Shown: positions 40,701 through 52,800 of the stretch, piece after piece
How the letters are laid out: every line of letters begins with the position of its first letter
How positions within the stretch are numbered: the stretch's first letter is position 1
Source of the DNA: a virus
Virus record (IMG/VR): IMGVR_UViG_3300034284_001491
Location: 20,462 to 84,461 of that record
Length of the DNA stretch: 64,000 nucleotides
Reading direction: 5' to 3' (one strand)
Notes under the pieces: model-generated
Database searches by the model: none
The model's input: only the letters and a program-made list of their open reading frames with translations
Told to the model about the DNA's origin: nothing
Translations under genes and position numbers: made by a program

Positions 40701-43700
40701 AGAAGAAATAAAAGAATCTGATCCATTAATGGAAAAGATTAAAAATATAATGTCAGATTATGAGCAAACAATTGGTATAAAGGAAAAAGAAGAGGCTAAA
40801 GCTAAAGCTGAAGAAGAAAAGAAAAAAGAGGAGGAAGCTAAAAAAGAAGCAGAGGAGGAAAAGAAAGCTGCACAAAAAGTTGAAACAGATGTACTTGCAG
40901 GTCTTGATAGTAAAACAATTAAAGAATTAAGAGATGCTTATAATGATATTGAAAGAGATGATAAAGAATCATTTGAAGAATTCTTAGATTCTCCTCAAGC
41001 ACAAAGAATTATAGCTGCAGCTAAACGTGGTAAAGAACCTGAAGAAAAATCAGGTAAACAACCACCTCCTACATCTACAGAAAAAGTACCATTTAATGGA
41101 ATTGAAACTACTGAGTTTAATATTCCAGGAGTTAGTATGGAAGGATTTACTATTGATGGTAATTATTATAATGTATTGAGTCATTACGGTAGAGCTAAAA
41201 CATTAGTAAATATTAATGGTGTTATAGTACCTTTTTATCTAACATCTGGATCAGGTGGAAAAGGTCTTATACCTGGTTGGTATCCTTTTGGAGGAATTGG
41301 TGAAGATGGTTGGCTAAATAAAACAGGAAAAGCTGATATGGAATCTTATTACTCAAGACTTATTGGTCAAGAGAATGCTGATTTACTTAAAGCTGTAGCT
41401 GCTAAACTTAATGAACAGTATGGTACAGATCCTGAAGTTTTTAAAAATCCAGATGCAGATCCTACAACAACAGAAAAACCTATAAGTAGTTTATCAGATA
41501 AAACAGAAGAATACATTAATAGTAAACTTCCTTTTACACCAACATCTAATCGAACTGCAGAGACACTCAAAAACTTTGAAAGTAATATGACAAAGTTGGG
41601 AGAAGCTCTTACTAATGCAAGAACTACTACTCCTACCTCTACGGAAGCAGCTCCTACTACTACAGATCCTAAATCTGATATAGAAAGAAGAAAAAAAGAA
41701 TCTTTAAATTCTATTGTAGAAAGTTACGATAAAGGAACTGATTTAACTATAGGTAAAGCAATAATTACTAAATCAGATGGCACTAAAGAATCAATATCTG
41801 ATTTAAAAGATGTTGTTACAACTGGAGATCCATTTCAAAGATTAAAAGATAAAATAGAAGCCATATATAAACAAGAATTAGATGCTTTAGAAGGTAAAGG
41901 TACTAAAGTAGAAACAAATCTTAGTGCTAATATTGATCCTCCTAATGAAGGAGTAGAAGAAGAATTAACTCCTGAAGAATTAGATATACTTACAGATTTA
42001 GAACCTAAATCACCATTCTCAGAATTAGATCCTCTATATTCTGCAGATGAATTTATTCTAACAGAAGATGGTAAATTCTATTTTAATCAAAACAATCCTA
42101 AACAAAAAGCAAAACGTGTATCAGAATTAAAACCTGAATTTAAAAAAACACCAAGTAATAAAATTCAAGTTGAAATTGCTGCAGAAAGAGGAAATATAAT
42201 TGACTTTTTGATTAGAAGATTTTTTGAAAATAGACTAACAGCAGATAATGTTGATAATGCAGCAGCAGCATATAGAAAAGCATATGGAAAAAGAAAATTA
42301 AATTTTGATCCAAATTTCTTTACAGATCTATATAAAAACTTTGAGACAATTAAATCAGAATTTGATTCAAAGGGTTGGACTATTGTATCTAATTTACCAA
42401 CACTATTTGGTGTATTAGGTAAAGATCTTTATGCTGGAACTACAGATTTATTAGCAAAAGATAAAGATGGTAATTATTTTATAATTGACCTTAAGACATC
42501 TAGTCAAAGTCGTAGAAATGATTATGAAAAACAATTACTTGGTGAAAGTAATTACGGATATAGCACTGCTGATAGAATTCAACAGAATGCATATAGAGAA
42601 CTTCTTAAACAAAGAACTGGTATTGAGGTAAAAGGATTATATATCCTACCTATAATTATAGAAGGTCAAGTTGGAAAAATATCTGGTAAATTTACATCTA
42701 GTAGAATTGATAGTTCTCCCACTGAAGGAAATCTATTACAGATAGATATGTCTAAAACTATCTATGAGATAGTTCCAGATAAATTTACATTTCCAGAAAC
42801 TAATGTTCCAGAATTTCCTGTATCTAATTTAATTGTTGGTAAGATTGTATATGCATCACCTGGTTTAGGTAAATCTAGATTAGTATCACAATATCCTAAT
42901 CAATTTGCTGATATGGATCAATTACTTGCTGATGAATTTAATGCAGCAGGCTACACTGGATTTACAGCAGATAATGTAGGATCTAAAGTATTTGAATTAT
43001 ATAAAGGACAAGACTTTGATTCTATAGATGAGATAGTAAATAATATCTATAGAAAAGCATTTGATAGAGCGAGAGAAATGACTAAAACTGGTGTTACAGT
43101 TTTAACAGGTAGTAGTAGATTCCTCTCAGGAAGAGGAAGTAATAGATATGTAGATGTTGCAATTAAAGCAGATTCTGATACTCTTATAAAAGATCAGATG
43201 AAAGCTAAAAATCCAACTATGTCTGAATCAGAAATTGATAGTCTAGTTAGTAGAGTTAGACAAACTGAGGATAAAGCAAAAATATTAATTGAAGTGGATA
43301 ATGCAGGTTTCTTAAACTTTATACAAGGAAACATTAATCTATCTCCATTAATTGCAAAAGCTAATTCAAATAAAGAAATAATGGCAATTGAAAAGTTAAT
43401 TCCAATCACTGTTTCTGATGAAGATTTAGCTAACTTTACTGCAAAGAATAAACTAATGCAAGACAGGCAAAAAATGTTTAAAGAACTTCAGCCTGGAGAT
43501 TTAGTTGAACTAAGTATAAATGATGGTAAAAATACTGTTACATTATCTGTAGAAAGATTAGTACCATATGCTAATGGAAAAAACAATAAAGTGATGTTTA
43601 TGCCAAATAGTAATAACATTAAAGAACTAATTCCCACTAATTCATTTTCAATTGTATCCGTGACAAAAGCAGGAATCAAACCATCTGAAGTTGAGGTATC

Positions 43701-43863
43701 TCCAGAAGCAAATCAAAATGCTAAAGATAATATTAATAAAATGGATGACTTTACTTCTGAAACAGATAGATTAAAAAAGCTTCTTAAAGAAGATTTTAAT
43801 GAAGATGATCTATTTAGTGGTGCAGAAGATCCAAATAATTGTAATTTAATAAATCCAGAATAA
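37762..43863 (+). CDS. Giant ejection protein with hydrophobic N-terminal helices, PD-(D/E)xK nuclease and P-loop domain
   Basis: Gly/Ala hydrophobic segments; AGTTDLL..IIDLKT..QQNAY; YASPGLGKS..FADMD. Confidence 0.75.
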   Translation: MENILDSTQGSISPELFDFYDKSFMVNGDPNLENILPSSNPDNNTGDNVNNLITQLNNNNKVFQNRVTNIQDSFNDPFKEVKMYGFNPSFKGLNMDRYDDKELGFDPFRDNEKFYNENTSIFYDYGRAFNGMGRLAAGAFVDSATSLGRMIQGDFDVSPEFALDSERIMAETMSTKSGFLPGVANFMVNTGFTVGMLAEMVVEEGLIAGASLLLAPESGGASLGGGAYLAALRAQMGATRIASAWKGMGALKKALTNLDDVNEARRYFTQFGKGTVDFLNPLRNTTDLFADGNKLKGLGQMAAVSKGFGAFFRDVRDINRSLSEARLEGGFVQNKMFEDLVNEHIERTGKEPTESELQGIKNMAHTAGMTTQLINLPVIHYTNNIAFGNLSRPLTKFIGGANDLRFLKGKFGWVGDTFQELDKGFIQSTRRSLNPRNISRNSLNYFSANLAEGLQEVFQEATAVATEDYYKNLYFNENSIARKMNELSWLDSYGKGIGAQMSGQGLEVFASGFFMGGLMNTVSKNLFKTIDYVHESVNDRRLEARAKKDPEFKIEYEKQKADKQQRITQAKKDLVEGINALYQDPNKLFAPDLENLTAQEILDRKIRAAGANNDRKFLIDFTDESFFKHVETALRVGKFESLIDRIEGRLKLNDDELAQAMNVKDGAAARARLEVSIDRAKEIKRRFDLAPKNPIDLSKFNSSFFNKNKATEEEYYQARIYSKAFDDAVNDMIFSQVSFDRKLERMRNITGDFAKINILADAPAAPLMHLFGASNMMTEIELLMSEIQALDPTDEKNKKTIEEKTSLLNKLNTLAETIDDFTEYDRETRTNEEMAGDDIQNPKYAEAIRKAFGEYMEEYAKVNKTYIKADNLDNAFDLLYDYYRLDVDADRLSKSVAVVSSPSFINDEASRKFRALKNTYDNRKSYIQKSVDKFFELIGLNDVFSKLKDLDVAVHPQEALAFNLAQGNYKIKRFVNAKTLEEIKESDPLMEKIKNIMSDYEQTIGIKEKEEAKAKAEEEKKKEEEAKKEAEEEKKAAQKVETDVLAGLDSKTIKELRDAYNDIERDDKESFEEFLDSPQAQRIIAAAKRGKEPEEKSGKQPPPTSTEKVPFNGIETTEFNIPGVSMEGFTIDGNYYNVLSHYGRAKTLVNINGVIVPFYLTSGSGGKGLIPGWYPFGGIGEDGWLNKTGKADMESYYSRLIGQENADLLKAVAAKLNEQYGTDPEVFKNPDADPTTTEKPISSLSDKTEEYINSKLPFTPTSNRTAETLKNFESNMTKLGEALTNARTTTPTSTEAAPTTTDPKSDIERRKKESLNSIVESYDKGTDLTIGKAIITKSDGTKESISDLKDVVTTGDPFQRLKDKIEAIYKQELDALEGKGTKVETNLSANIDPPNEGVEEELTPEELDILTDLEPKSPFSELDPLYSADEFILTEDGKFYFNQNNPKQKAKRVSELKPEFKKTPSNKIQVEIAAERGNIIDFLIRRFFENRLTADNVDNAAAAYRKAYGKRKLNFDPNFFTDLYKNFETIKSEFDSKGWTIVSNLPTLFGVLGKDLYAGTTDLLAKDKDGNYFIIDLKTSSQSRRNDYEKQLLGESNYGYSTADRIQQNAYRELLKQRTGIEVKGLYILPIIIEGQVGKISGKFTSSRIDSSPTEGNLLQIDMSKTIYEIVPDKFTFPETNVPEFPVSNLIVGKIVYASPGLGKSRLVSQYPNQFADMDQLLADEFNAAGYTGFTADNVGSKVFELYKGQDFDSIDEIVNNIYRKAFDRAREMTKTGVTVLTGSSRFLSGRGSNRYVDVAIKADSDTLIKDQMKAKNPTMSESEIDSLVSRVRQTEDKAKILIEVDNAGFLNFIQGNINLSPLIAKANSNKEIMAIEKLIPITVSDEDLANFTAKNKLMQDRQKMFKELQPGDLVELSINDGKNTVTLSVERLVPYANGKNNKVMFMPNSNNIKELIPTNSFSIVSVTKAGIKPSEVEVSPEANQNAKDNINKMDDFTSETDRLKKLLKEDFNEDDLFSGAEDPNNCNLINPE

Positions 43864-46800
43864 ATGGCTTGTTTAACACAAACACAAACTGATAATATAT
43901 TTAGACATGTAGGTTCTTATTTTAAATCATTAAAAGATCCTAAAGATTATAATCATCTTGACCATTTTAAATACCTATACAACTTAGGTGTTAATAAAGG
44001 TGTTAAACCAGAAACTAGTTTAAATTATGTACAAGTACTTCCAAATCTTGTAAATAAATATTTAACTATTACAAATACTAGAATTAGTAAAGAGGAAGCA
44101 ATTAAACTTACAAATCTTGCTTACGATTTTGAAGAGTTTAGTTTAGAACAGATTGCTGAATATATAGGGCAAATTAAACAACCAGATGTTGTTAGTACAG
44201 AAGAAGAACCTGTAATAAAAGAAGAAGAGATTGAAGCTAATGAATCTCTACCATTATATACAGCTTTAACATCTTTAGTGCTAAGTACAACACTAAATGA
44301 AAAACTAGATATAAATGAATTAGAAAAAGATCTAGATAAAGTATGGCATCACGAATTCAATAGAGAATTATTATCTAGAACTGTATCAGCTACAGAAGGT
44401 GCTTTTAATACCACATTGAATGGTCATAGAGGATTTAGATTAAAAGCAGTGAAGATGTCTTCTATTCCTTTTGATGAATTATATAATTCTATTAAAGGAG
44501 ATAGAAGTGAAGAAGAGGTGAAAGCTATTCTAGATAAGAATAATGCAATAGCTCTGGTAGTTACAGATAATGATGGTAATCTATTAAGATTTGATCAAAC
44601 TTACACTAAAAATCCTAATGGGAAATTAGTGTATTTTAATATGCGAGACACTAAATATGATTTACTTGATTCAACAGATGCTAGAGGTAGAATTCAATCT
44701 ATAGCTGATATAGCAAAAAATTATAATATAAGTGCTAAAGATGCTGAAGAGCAAATTAAAAAAGAAGTTGAGAAATTAAGAAATATTCAAAAAGCAGTGT
44801 TTGAAGATAAACCTGTTTTATTTGAAATTACTGGAGGAACAAAAGGATATATTCCCTCTATTGTAAGACCAACAGGTACCAAAGATTGGTATGGTATTGC
44901 TCCATCTACATATGGAGATATTGTTGATTCTTTTGGCATCACTCCTATTGAATTAGTTACAGAAGGTGAGTTTAAGGGAAAACTAATGGTTTACCTAAAT
45001 GAAGGTAAATTACCGGTGTTGCTATTAAATAGAAATATTACAGATGCAGAAGCATTAGAATATGCATCAGCTGTACATAAGTTTTTGAATGAAAATAATC
45101 ATTCTTCTGGAGCTGTAAATACAGCAGCTACATTCTTATCACAATATATTGCTTTTAATCAACCTGAAAAAGTAAGTCTTGAACAATTTCTATTTAATAA
45201 ACTAAATACTCCAGAAAGTATTGCTCAAATGATTGTTAAAAAACCTGATTCAAATTTCAATAGGTTTTTGACATACCAAGCAAATCAAAGTATTTATTAT
45301 ACAATTGCTGATGGTAGTATTAAACAAGCAACACTAAATGAATATCAAGATCAGTGGAGAGATAAACTAAGAACATTATTAGTGAAATCTCAGAATGGTA
45401 AGATTGAACAGTTTAGTTCTAGTTTATCTTTTGAACCTACTAGTGAGTCTAGAAATATAGTAAATGGTGTAGAGGAAGTTAAAGAAGAGAAGAAAAATAC
45501 AGCTATTATATTTGGTGGTGTTAGTCGTAATCTGGAAGACTTTCTTAAAGAAAGAAACATTACATCTGCTGCCACTAAAAAACAAATAGAAGAAGCATTT
45601 GAATGGTATAAATCAAGTCCTTTAAGTAAAGTAATACCGTTTACAACAATGTTTGATGTTGTTAATTCAACTGCTAAAGCATCTTTTGGTAAACAAGGTA
45701 TTAAATTATTTTTTGGAGCTAACTATACAGATTTATATCACGAATCTTGGCATGGATTCTCTCAGTTATTCTTAAGTAAAAGTGATAAAGTAAATCTATA
45801 TGAAGAACTTAGAAAGCTATCTGGATCATTTGTTTTACCAAATGGTGTTAGAGTAAATTATAAGGATGCTTCTTATAGACAACTTGAAGAAGTGTTGGCT
45901 GAAGATTTTAGATTATATAAGTTATCTGGAGGTAAAAAAGTATTAGGTCAAAGACCTATAAGAAATAAATTTTTTAGAGCAATTTTTGACTTCCTTAATT
46001 GGTTATTTGATGGTGTATCATTTAACCAAGCAAGAACTGATTTTAATTCAATTAAGAAAGTACACGATCTATTTAAGAAATTAGATATTGGTGATATTAA
46101 GGAATATAAAGCATCAGATAAAAATTCTTTATTTACATCATTAGCAAGTCCTATTGGTATATCAACAGATACACCATTAAATGAAACTGAATCAACAGAA
46201 GTGTCTGAATCTATGGATTCAATTATCTCTGATTTAATGTTCCAGTTTGCAGAACAAAATGGTGTAAGTATTTTTGGAGATTTTCTAGGATCAAAAAAAT
46301 CTATAAAGAATGTCTATGGTTTAATTAAAGAAACTTTAGAAAAGAAAGTTGATGAATTAAATGAAGATGTTGAAGCAAATGATAGAGCAATCTTTATTTT
46401 AAACACTGCTCTAAATAATTTTGGAAATATAGATGAGATTATTGATAAAGGTAATTTAGAAGGAGATACAACTATACAATATCATCTTAGAAGATCTAAA
46501 GTTCTAGATTTTAAGAATAAAGAATTTGATGATGAAAATAAAGAAGAGTCAAGTGATTTTGTTACAAAGAAAGATCAAGCTGACCAAGGAGAACTTTCAT
46601 TTGAAGAACTAGCTAATGAAAAAGTGTTATTCTTAATTAGAACATTAAAAGCTTATAAATTAGAAAATGGTAAATATGTTCCTGAAAAGAATAATCTAGG
46701 ATTTTCTAAACTCACCAATTATAGAAAGACATTAGGCAATGTTATAAATATTGTCTCTAATAATACCGGAGCAATTTCAATTTATAATAAACTTAATGAA

Positions 46801-49800
46801 GCTAAAAATAAACCTGAGATTCAAGAGCTATTAATGAAATTAGGTAAGATAGAACCTAATACAGATATAGATAGTAAGAGTACATTTAATAGTTGGGTAT
46901 TGTTTGCAAACTCATTCAATACCACTAAACTACCAATGCTCATCACTATTATTGAAACTGCAGAAGATTCAAAACCAAAGATTTATAATGTAGATGCATC
47001 TAGTGATATTACTTCTGAAAGAAGTAGAATGATATCTAGATATAAAACAAATATCTACAACACTAAATATGCAACAATGAATTCTGATAAGAATGAAATG
47101 ATGCTAGACATCAAGAAATTATCAGAGATTTTTGAACCTGTTTTTGGTGTAACAGCTAAAAAAACAGAAGCAAATAAACAAGAAGCAGCATTTTATTTAT
47201 TTGCAGCTATCGGATTACCATTAAATGATAAATTATACGAGCAATACTTTGATAAAGACAAAAATCTAAACAGAGATATTGTTAAAAATGCTACATACGT
47301 ATATAGAGAACTTAAAAATTTCTATGATAGAAATACAAGTGGTAAATTAAAAAACAATATGATTCCAGATCATATTGACTTACTCACTAATGGTTTAGGT
47401 GCAGACTCTGATTTTCTCACCCAAAAAACTGTTATTGATAATCTACTATACTTACATATCAAAGTAGCAGATGTTGTTTCATCATTTAGTTTATTAAATG
47501 CTGAAGGAAATCGTGAATATGAAAATGTTCTAAACTCACAGATTACTATCACTCAGAACAATATAAATGAATCTAGAACTCTAGAGGAACTTTATAACAA
47601 ACCTGGATTTGAACATTTTAATCCAGCAAATAATCCAATGATTAAAGCTTCACAAGTTTTCAAGAGATTATTTGCAAATGGAGTTAGACAAACAGATTTT
47701 AATATTAGAAAGTTCTCAGGTATCCAATCTATTGAAGATGGATATTTTACAAATGGACAATCTACTATTGAAACAGATCCGGTATCTAAATTCTATTTGG
47801 AATTCTATTCTTATCTAACCACTGGATTTACAAGTAATCCTACACCATCAGATAAGAAGACATACCTTGGATTCTTTGTCACTGGTGCAGATGGGGATAA
47901 TCGTTTTATTAAACCTAATGCATTTACAGATGGTACAGCATTAGGAGATAAAGCATTAGAAGATATCATGTTTGATTATTTAAAAGCAGAACATGAAAGA
48001 GTGTATGATTTAAATTCAAATGTATATCCAGAATTAGCAAGACTTGGTTTCTTCTCTGATTATGGTAAAGAGTTTTTAGTGTTTGATAATATATTACTGC
48101 CAGAAACTAAAGAAAGATTAAAAGCTCTATCTCCAAAAAAATTATTGGAAGATGCTAATCAAGAATTAGTGAGTAGAGCAAAAAATGAAATAATTGAATA
48201 TATAAATAAGCTCACTGATCAAAACTATGAAGTGTTTCAAAAGATAGACTTTATAGATGATGAAGTATTAAAAAAAGCTACAAAACAAAAAGGAAAATTT
48301 AATAGTGCTGCTTATAGTAAGAATATTGTAAAAGCATTCTCTGCTAATACATTTATTCAATATATTGAATCCACTATAATGTTTTATGGTGATATTGCAG
48401 CATATGATCTTATAAAAGAAGATTTCCATAAACGAGATTCTGCTTCTGGTTCTACTGGTAGAACAATGATTACAGATCCACAATTTATTAGAGCATATAA
48501 TAAATTTTATGGAAGTAGATATGCTGAATCTCAAGGATTTAACCATTCTTTTAACGAAGATGGATATATTAATACATCTATATTCCAAGATCATAAGTAT
48601 GAGAATAAAGCATTAATGGATGAATATGAGAAGTCTTGGAGAAAAGCTTATACTGAAGAATTTAAAAAATTAGGATTCAATGCTAAACAAATTAAAGAAA
48701 AAGTAGATTTCTTAATTGAGAAGCAGCTTGCTCCATATAAACAAAATGAAGTTAAAGAAGGTGATGCTCAAGGATGGGTGACACTTGATTCTTATAGATT
48801 CTTTTCTATTCTATTAAATGAATGGAGTCCTGCTCATGAAGATATTTATAATAAGATTGTAAATAATGAATCAGTGGATCAAGCTGAAGTACTAAAAGTA
48901 TTTTCACCTAAAAAGTTCCAGTTTTATGGTCCATTAAAAACATCTAAGTATCACGTAAACGTATTACATAAATTTTCATTACTACCATTAATTCCAAATG
49001 TAATCCAGGGTAAGAATATTGATATTCTTCATAAAAGAATGCTAAGAGAAAATGTTCAATATGCAACCTTTATCTCAGGATCTAAAATTGCAACACTAAG
49101 AAATGAGAATAATGAATTAGATAAATTCTACTCTGATCCTAGTACAAGAATGATGGATAATTCACCACTAACTAAGAATGTTATCCATCTTAGATATCTG
49201 CGTAATCAAGTTCCTATCAATGACTATTACAAAAATAGAGTGGTGTTCTCAACACAGCTTCGTGCATTGATTTATAATGATTTATTTAATAAAGGAATTC
49301 CTTTAAATAAGAATATTGAAACTCTTGTAAATAAATATATACAATCAATTGAAGATTATGTTGAGGCTTCAAAAGATGAATTAAAACAAGAGATTAATTT
49401 TAATAGTACTGATGGTACATATGATGTAAAGAAACTTGCTAAAATTATCAAGAAAGAACTTGATAGAAGAGATATACCGGATCATTTACAAATTGCTGCA
49501 ACTTCTGCTAATGAGGATGGTTTTACTTATGATATGTCACTAGCTCGTAATGCTAATGATATTGAGAAGATATTATTCTCAATTGCTAATAAAAGAATTG
49601 TAAAAAGAAAGATAAATGGTGAACCATTAATCCAAGTTGCGGGATCAGGATTTGAATCACAAAGAGCCACTAATCCAACAAAAGAACAAGTGGAAGAATA
49701 TAAAGGTGATGATTTGTTATTCTATAGAAAAGATCCAATTACTGGAGAAAACTTACCTATGCAAGTAAAAGTTGCTTTACAAGGTAAATTTAAAAATCTA

Positions 49801-52800
49801 CTTGGTTTAACACATCCAGATGGAAATAAAATAAACACGAGAGAAAGATTAAATCAAGCTTTAGAAAATAAAGAGTGGAGAGATAAGCATAAAGAAATGC
49901 TACAGTTAATGGCTGTACGTATTCCAGTACAAGGACATAACTCTATGGAATATATGGAAGTTGCTGAATTTTTACCGGAAGTAGCTGGACCAATTGTTAT
50001 TCTACCAAGTTATATTGTAGCTAAAGCAGGTTCCGATTATGATATTGATAAGTTATCTGTATTCTTCCCAAATATTGAAAAAGCTGGTAAAAGAATATTC
50101 TTATCAAAATTTGATAGTTCTATTAAAGAATCAAATGAACAGATAAAAAATAATATTGATTCTGTTAAGAATGAAATCAAATTATTAAAAGATCAAATAC
50201 AAAAAGAATTTGAAAATCTAAAAAAAGAAAAAGAATTTAACAAGCTTGATACTAAAGAAAAAGAGATTATAAATGCTCTTTACTCTAATTATAATCGTAT
50301 AAAGAATGAATATGATGTTCTTATAACTAGATGGACAAGTGAAAGTATATTAGCTGGAAAAGGTAAAACGTTCAGTAATGATATACTAAATCTAGAAAAT
50401 GATATTGATAATAAATATCAAGAATTAAATGTTGCAGAAGCACAACTTAAACTAAATCTAAAGCAATATTATAGTGCATTTTCTACAGAAAAGAAACAAC
50501 AATTTTGGAAATCTAAAGAACCTCAAGTAGAAGCTTTGTATGAACAATTATCTGATCTTAAAGTAAAGTTAATTAATAAATCAGCAAGTTCATTAGAAAA
50601 TGGTCTTATTAGAAATCTTATAAATATTATCAGTACAGATGAGGTTTTTGAAATGATGAAAAAACCTAATGGTACTTATCTAGTTCAAGATTTTGCTAAT
50701 GATATGACAAAATACTTTGAGACAGATTACAATCCTAAACAATCATTTAAAGATTGGAATAGAAGTACTGTATCAAGTATAAGTCCTAAATTTAAAGTAT
50801 CGCCAACAAATATCTTTGAAATCCAATACAATATATATAAGCAAAATGCTAACTCTGTTGGTAAAAGAGCACTAGGTATTGGAGCTAACGTAAATAAAAT
50901 TAAAGCTTTATTTAATCAAATTGATTTTCAATTTAATAAAGAATATATCCATACTAGATATAGTAAAAAGAAAAAGAAATATGAAGAACAGCTTAGAGAA
51001 ATTAGAATACTATTAAATCATAATTCTAATAAAGATGGATCTATTTCATTAAGTTCTTTATATAACACTGAAGGTATTAAGATTTCAGATTATCTAAACC
51101 AATTGATGAATGGTTGGCTAGACGTTGCAAAAGATCCTTGGATTTTTTATGTAATGGGTACTCCTGAATTAACTCCAGCACTATTATATTTAGTGTCTGC
51201 AGGTACTCCATTTGAAGAAGCAGTGTATTTCTTAGCTCAACCTGTAGTAAGAAAGTATATTGAAGATGTTAAGAAATTAGATAGTCCAATTAGTAAATTG
51301 GATGAAACATTTAAAGATCCTTATGAATTTACTATTCAAGCAAGAATGCTTGGATTAGGAAGAGAAGCAAATGGTCACACCCTTTGGGAGAGACAAATGT
51401 CTCTAATTAACTTAGAGTTACAAAGAACAGAGAATCAACTCTTTACTAAAGATTATTTACAATCTAAATTAGATGATTCATTAACTGGATCACTTGAATA
51501 TAGTCGTGAAGATCAAGCAATTCTTGCACATTTCTTTGAAATAAATGATGGCGCAAAAGCAATTGCTAGAGTTCAACAGAGTTTTAACTTTGATACTAAG
51601 ACTTCAAGTACTCTATTTGAAACATTTAAGAGAGGACAAAAAAGAGATATACTTATTGAGGATGTTGAATTTGAAGTGAATTATTCTAAGATGTTTCCTA
51701 AAGAAAAACTTAAATCTTTATATGAAGATACAATCTTAGGAAAATTTGATATCACAGATGTACAGACAAATGTATTTGGTGGTTTATTTCCTATTAGAAA
51801 TAATCCTCAACTTAATGAGTATCTGTATAACATCTATAGCAATAATATTTTCTTCGGATCTCAGTTTGATGATAAAATCAAAAAGTTCTTAGGGGACCCA
51901 GAAAAGTTTGTATCTGAATTTAAAAATGATTTTACAACAGCAATGTTGTTAAAAATGTTGTATGATTTTAAAATTGAAGATAATCAATATAAAGGATTAG
52001 AAATTCAAACTATAACAAGAGATGTTGATATTAGAGATTTAGGATTATTAGAAGAACCTGAATCTGAATTTAATCCTAATAAATTATTCTTTGCCACTAA
52101 AAATTATACAAAGGATACTCCATCTCAATATCCAAAATTTGGTTTCATCTTCACTGAAAATCTAGAGATGCTTGGTACTGATAAAAATGTAAGTACTACA
52201 CAAGCTATAATTAGAACAGATAAAGAAGGAAACATAAATCGTAATGCATTAGCTATTGTCACTAAAAAAGAACAAGCTGCTAATAAGTTTTTTGAGGATA
52301 CAGATGAAGATTTTGATTTATTCAAAACGACTAATGCTAAATTAATTGATACTATTGCTAATAGTAATTTTGAAAGAATCATTGTTCCAACTGGTGGTTT
52401 TGCAATGGAAAAAGCTAAACTACCTACAAGATTTGCAGAGTGGTTACAGAACGAATTACAAAATAAACTAGGTATTGAAACAGATCTAGTGGATAGAGGA
52501 TCAGGATATAGTGGTTTAAGTAATCCTAAAAAGTTTGATAAACCTACTACTCAACCATCTACTGAATCAATAGGATTTCAAGGATACAAAGGTGGATTTG
52601 AAGATAAAGGTAAAGGAACTCCTGAAGGTGATGGTAAAGATAAAGCAATGAGACAAGTTGCAGATGGAGCAATTGTAGAATTTAAAACTGATAAAGTTGA
52701 TTCTTCCTCTTTTACCACATTAAACTATTTTGATGGAACTTATAGTTATGAAAAAGATAGATACATAGGAGAAGCTTTTATTGGAGATAGCTTTAAAGGC

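Noticed and set aside
43840-43872. Split intein or trans-splicing explanation for the terminal Cys
   Set aside because: No Hint-domain blocks and no His-Asn-(C/S/T) junction. The Cys lies only 3-7 residues from the termini.
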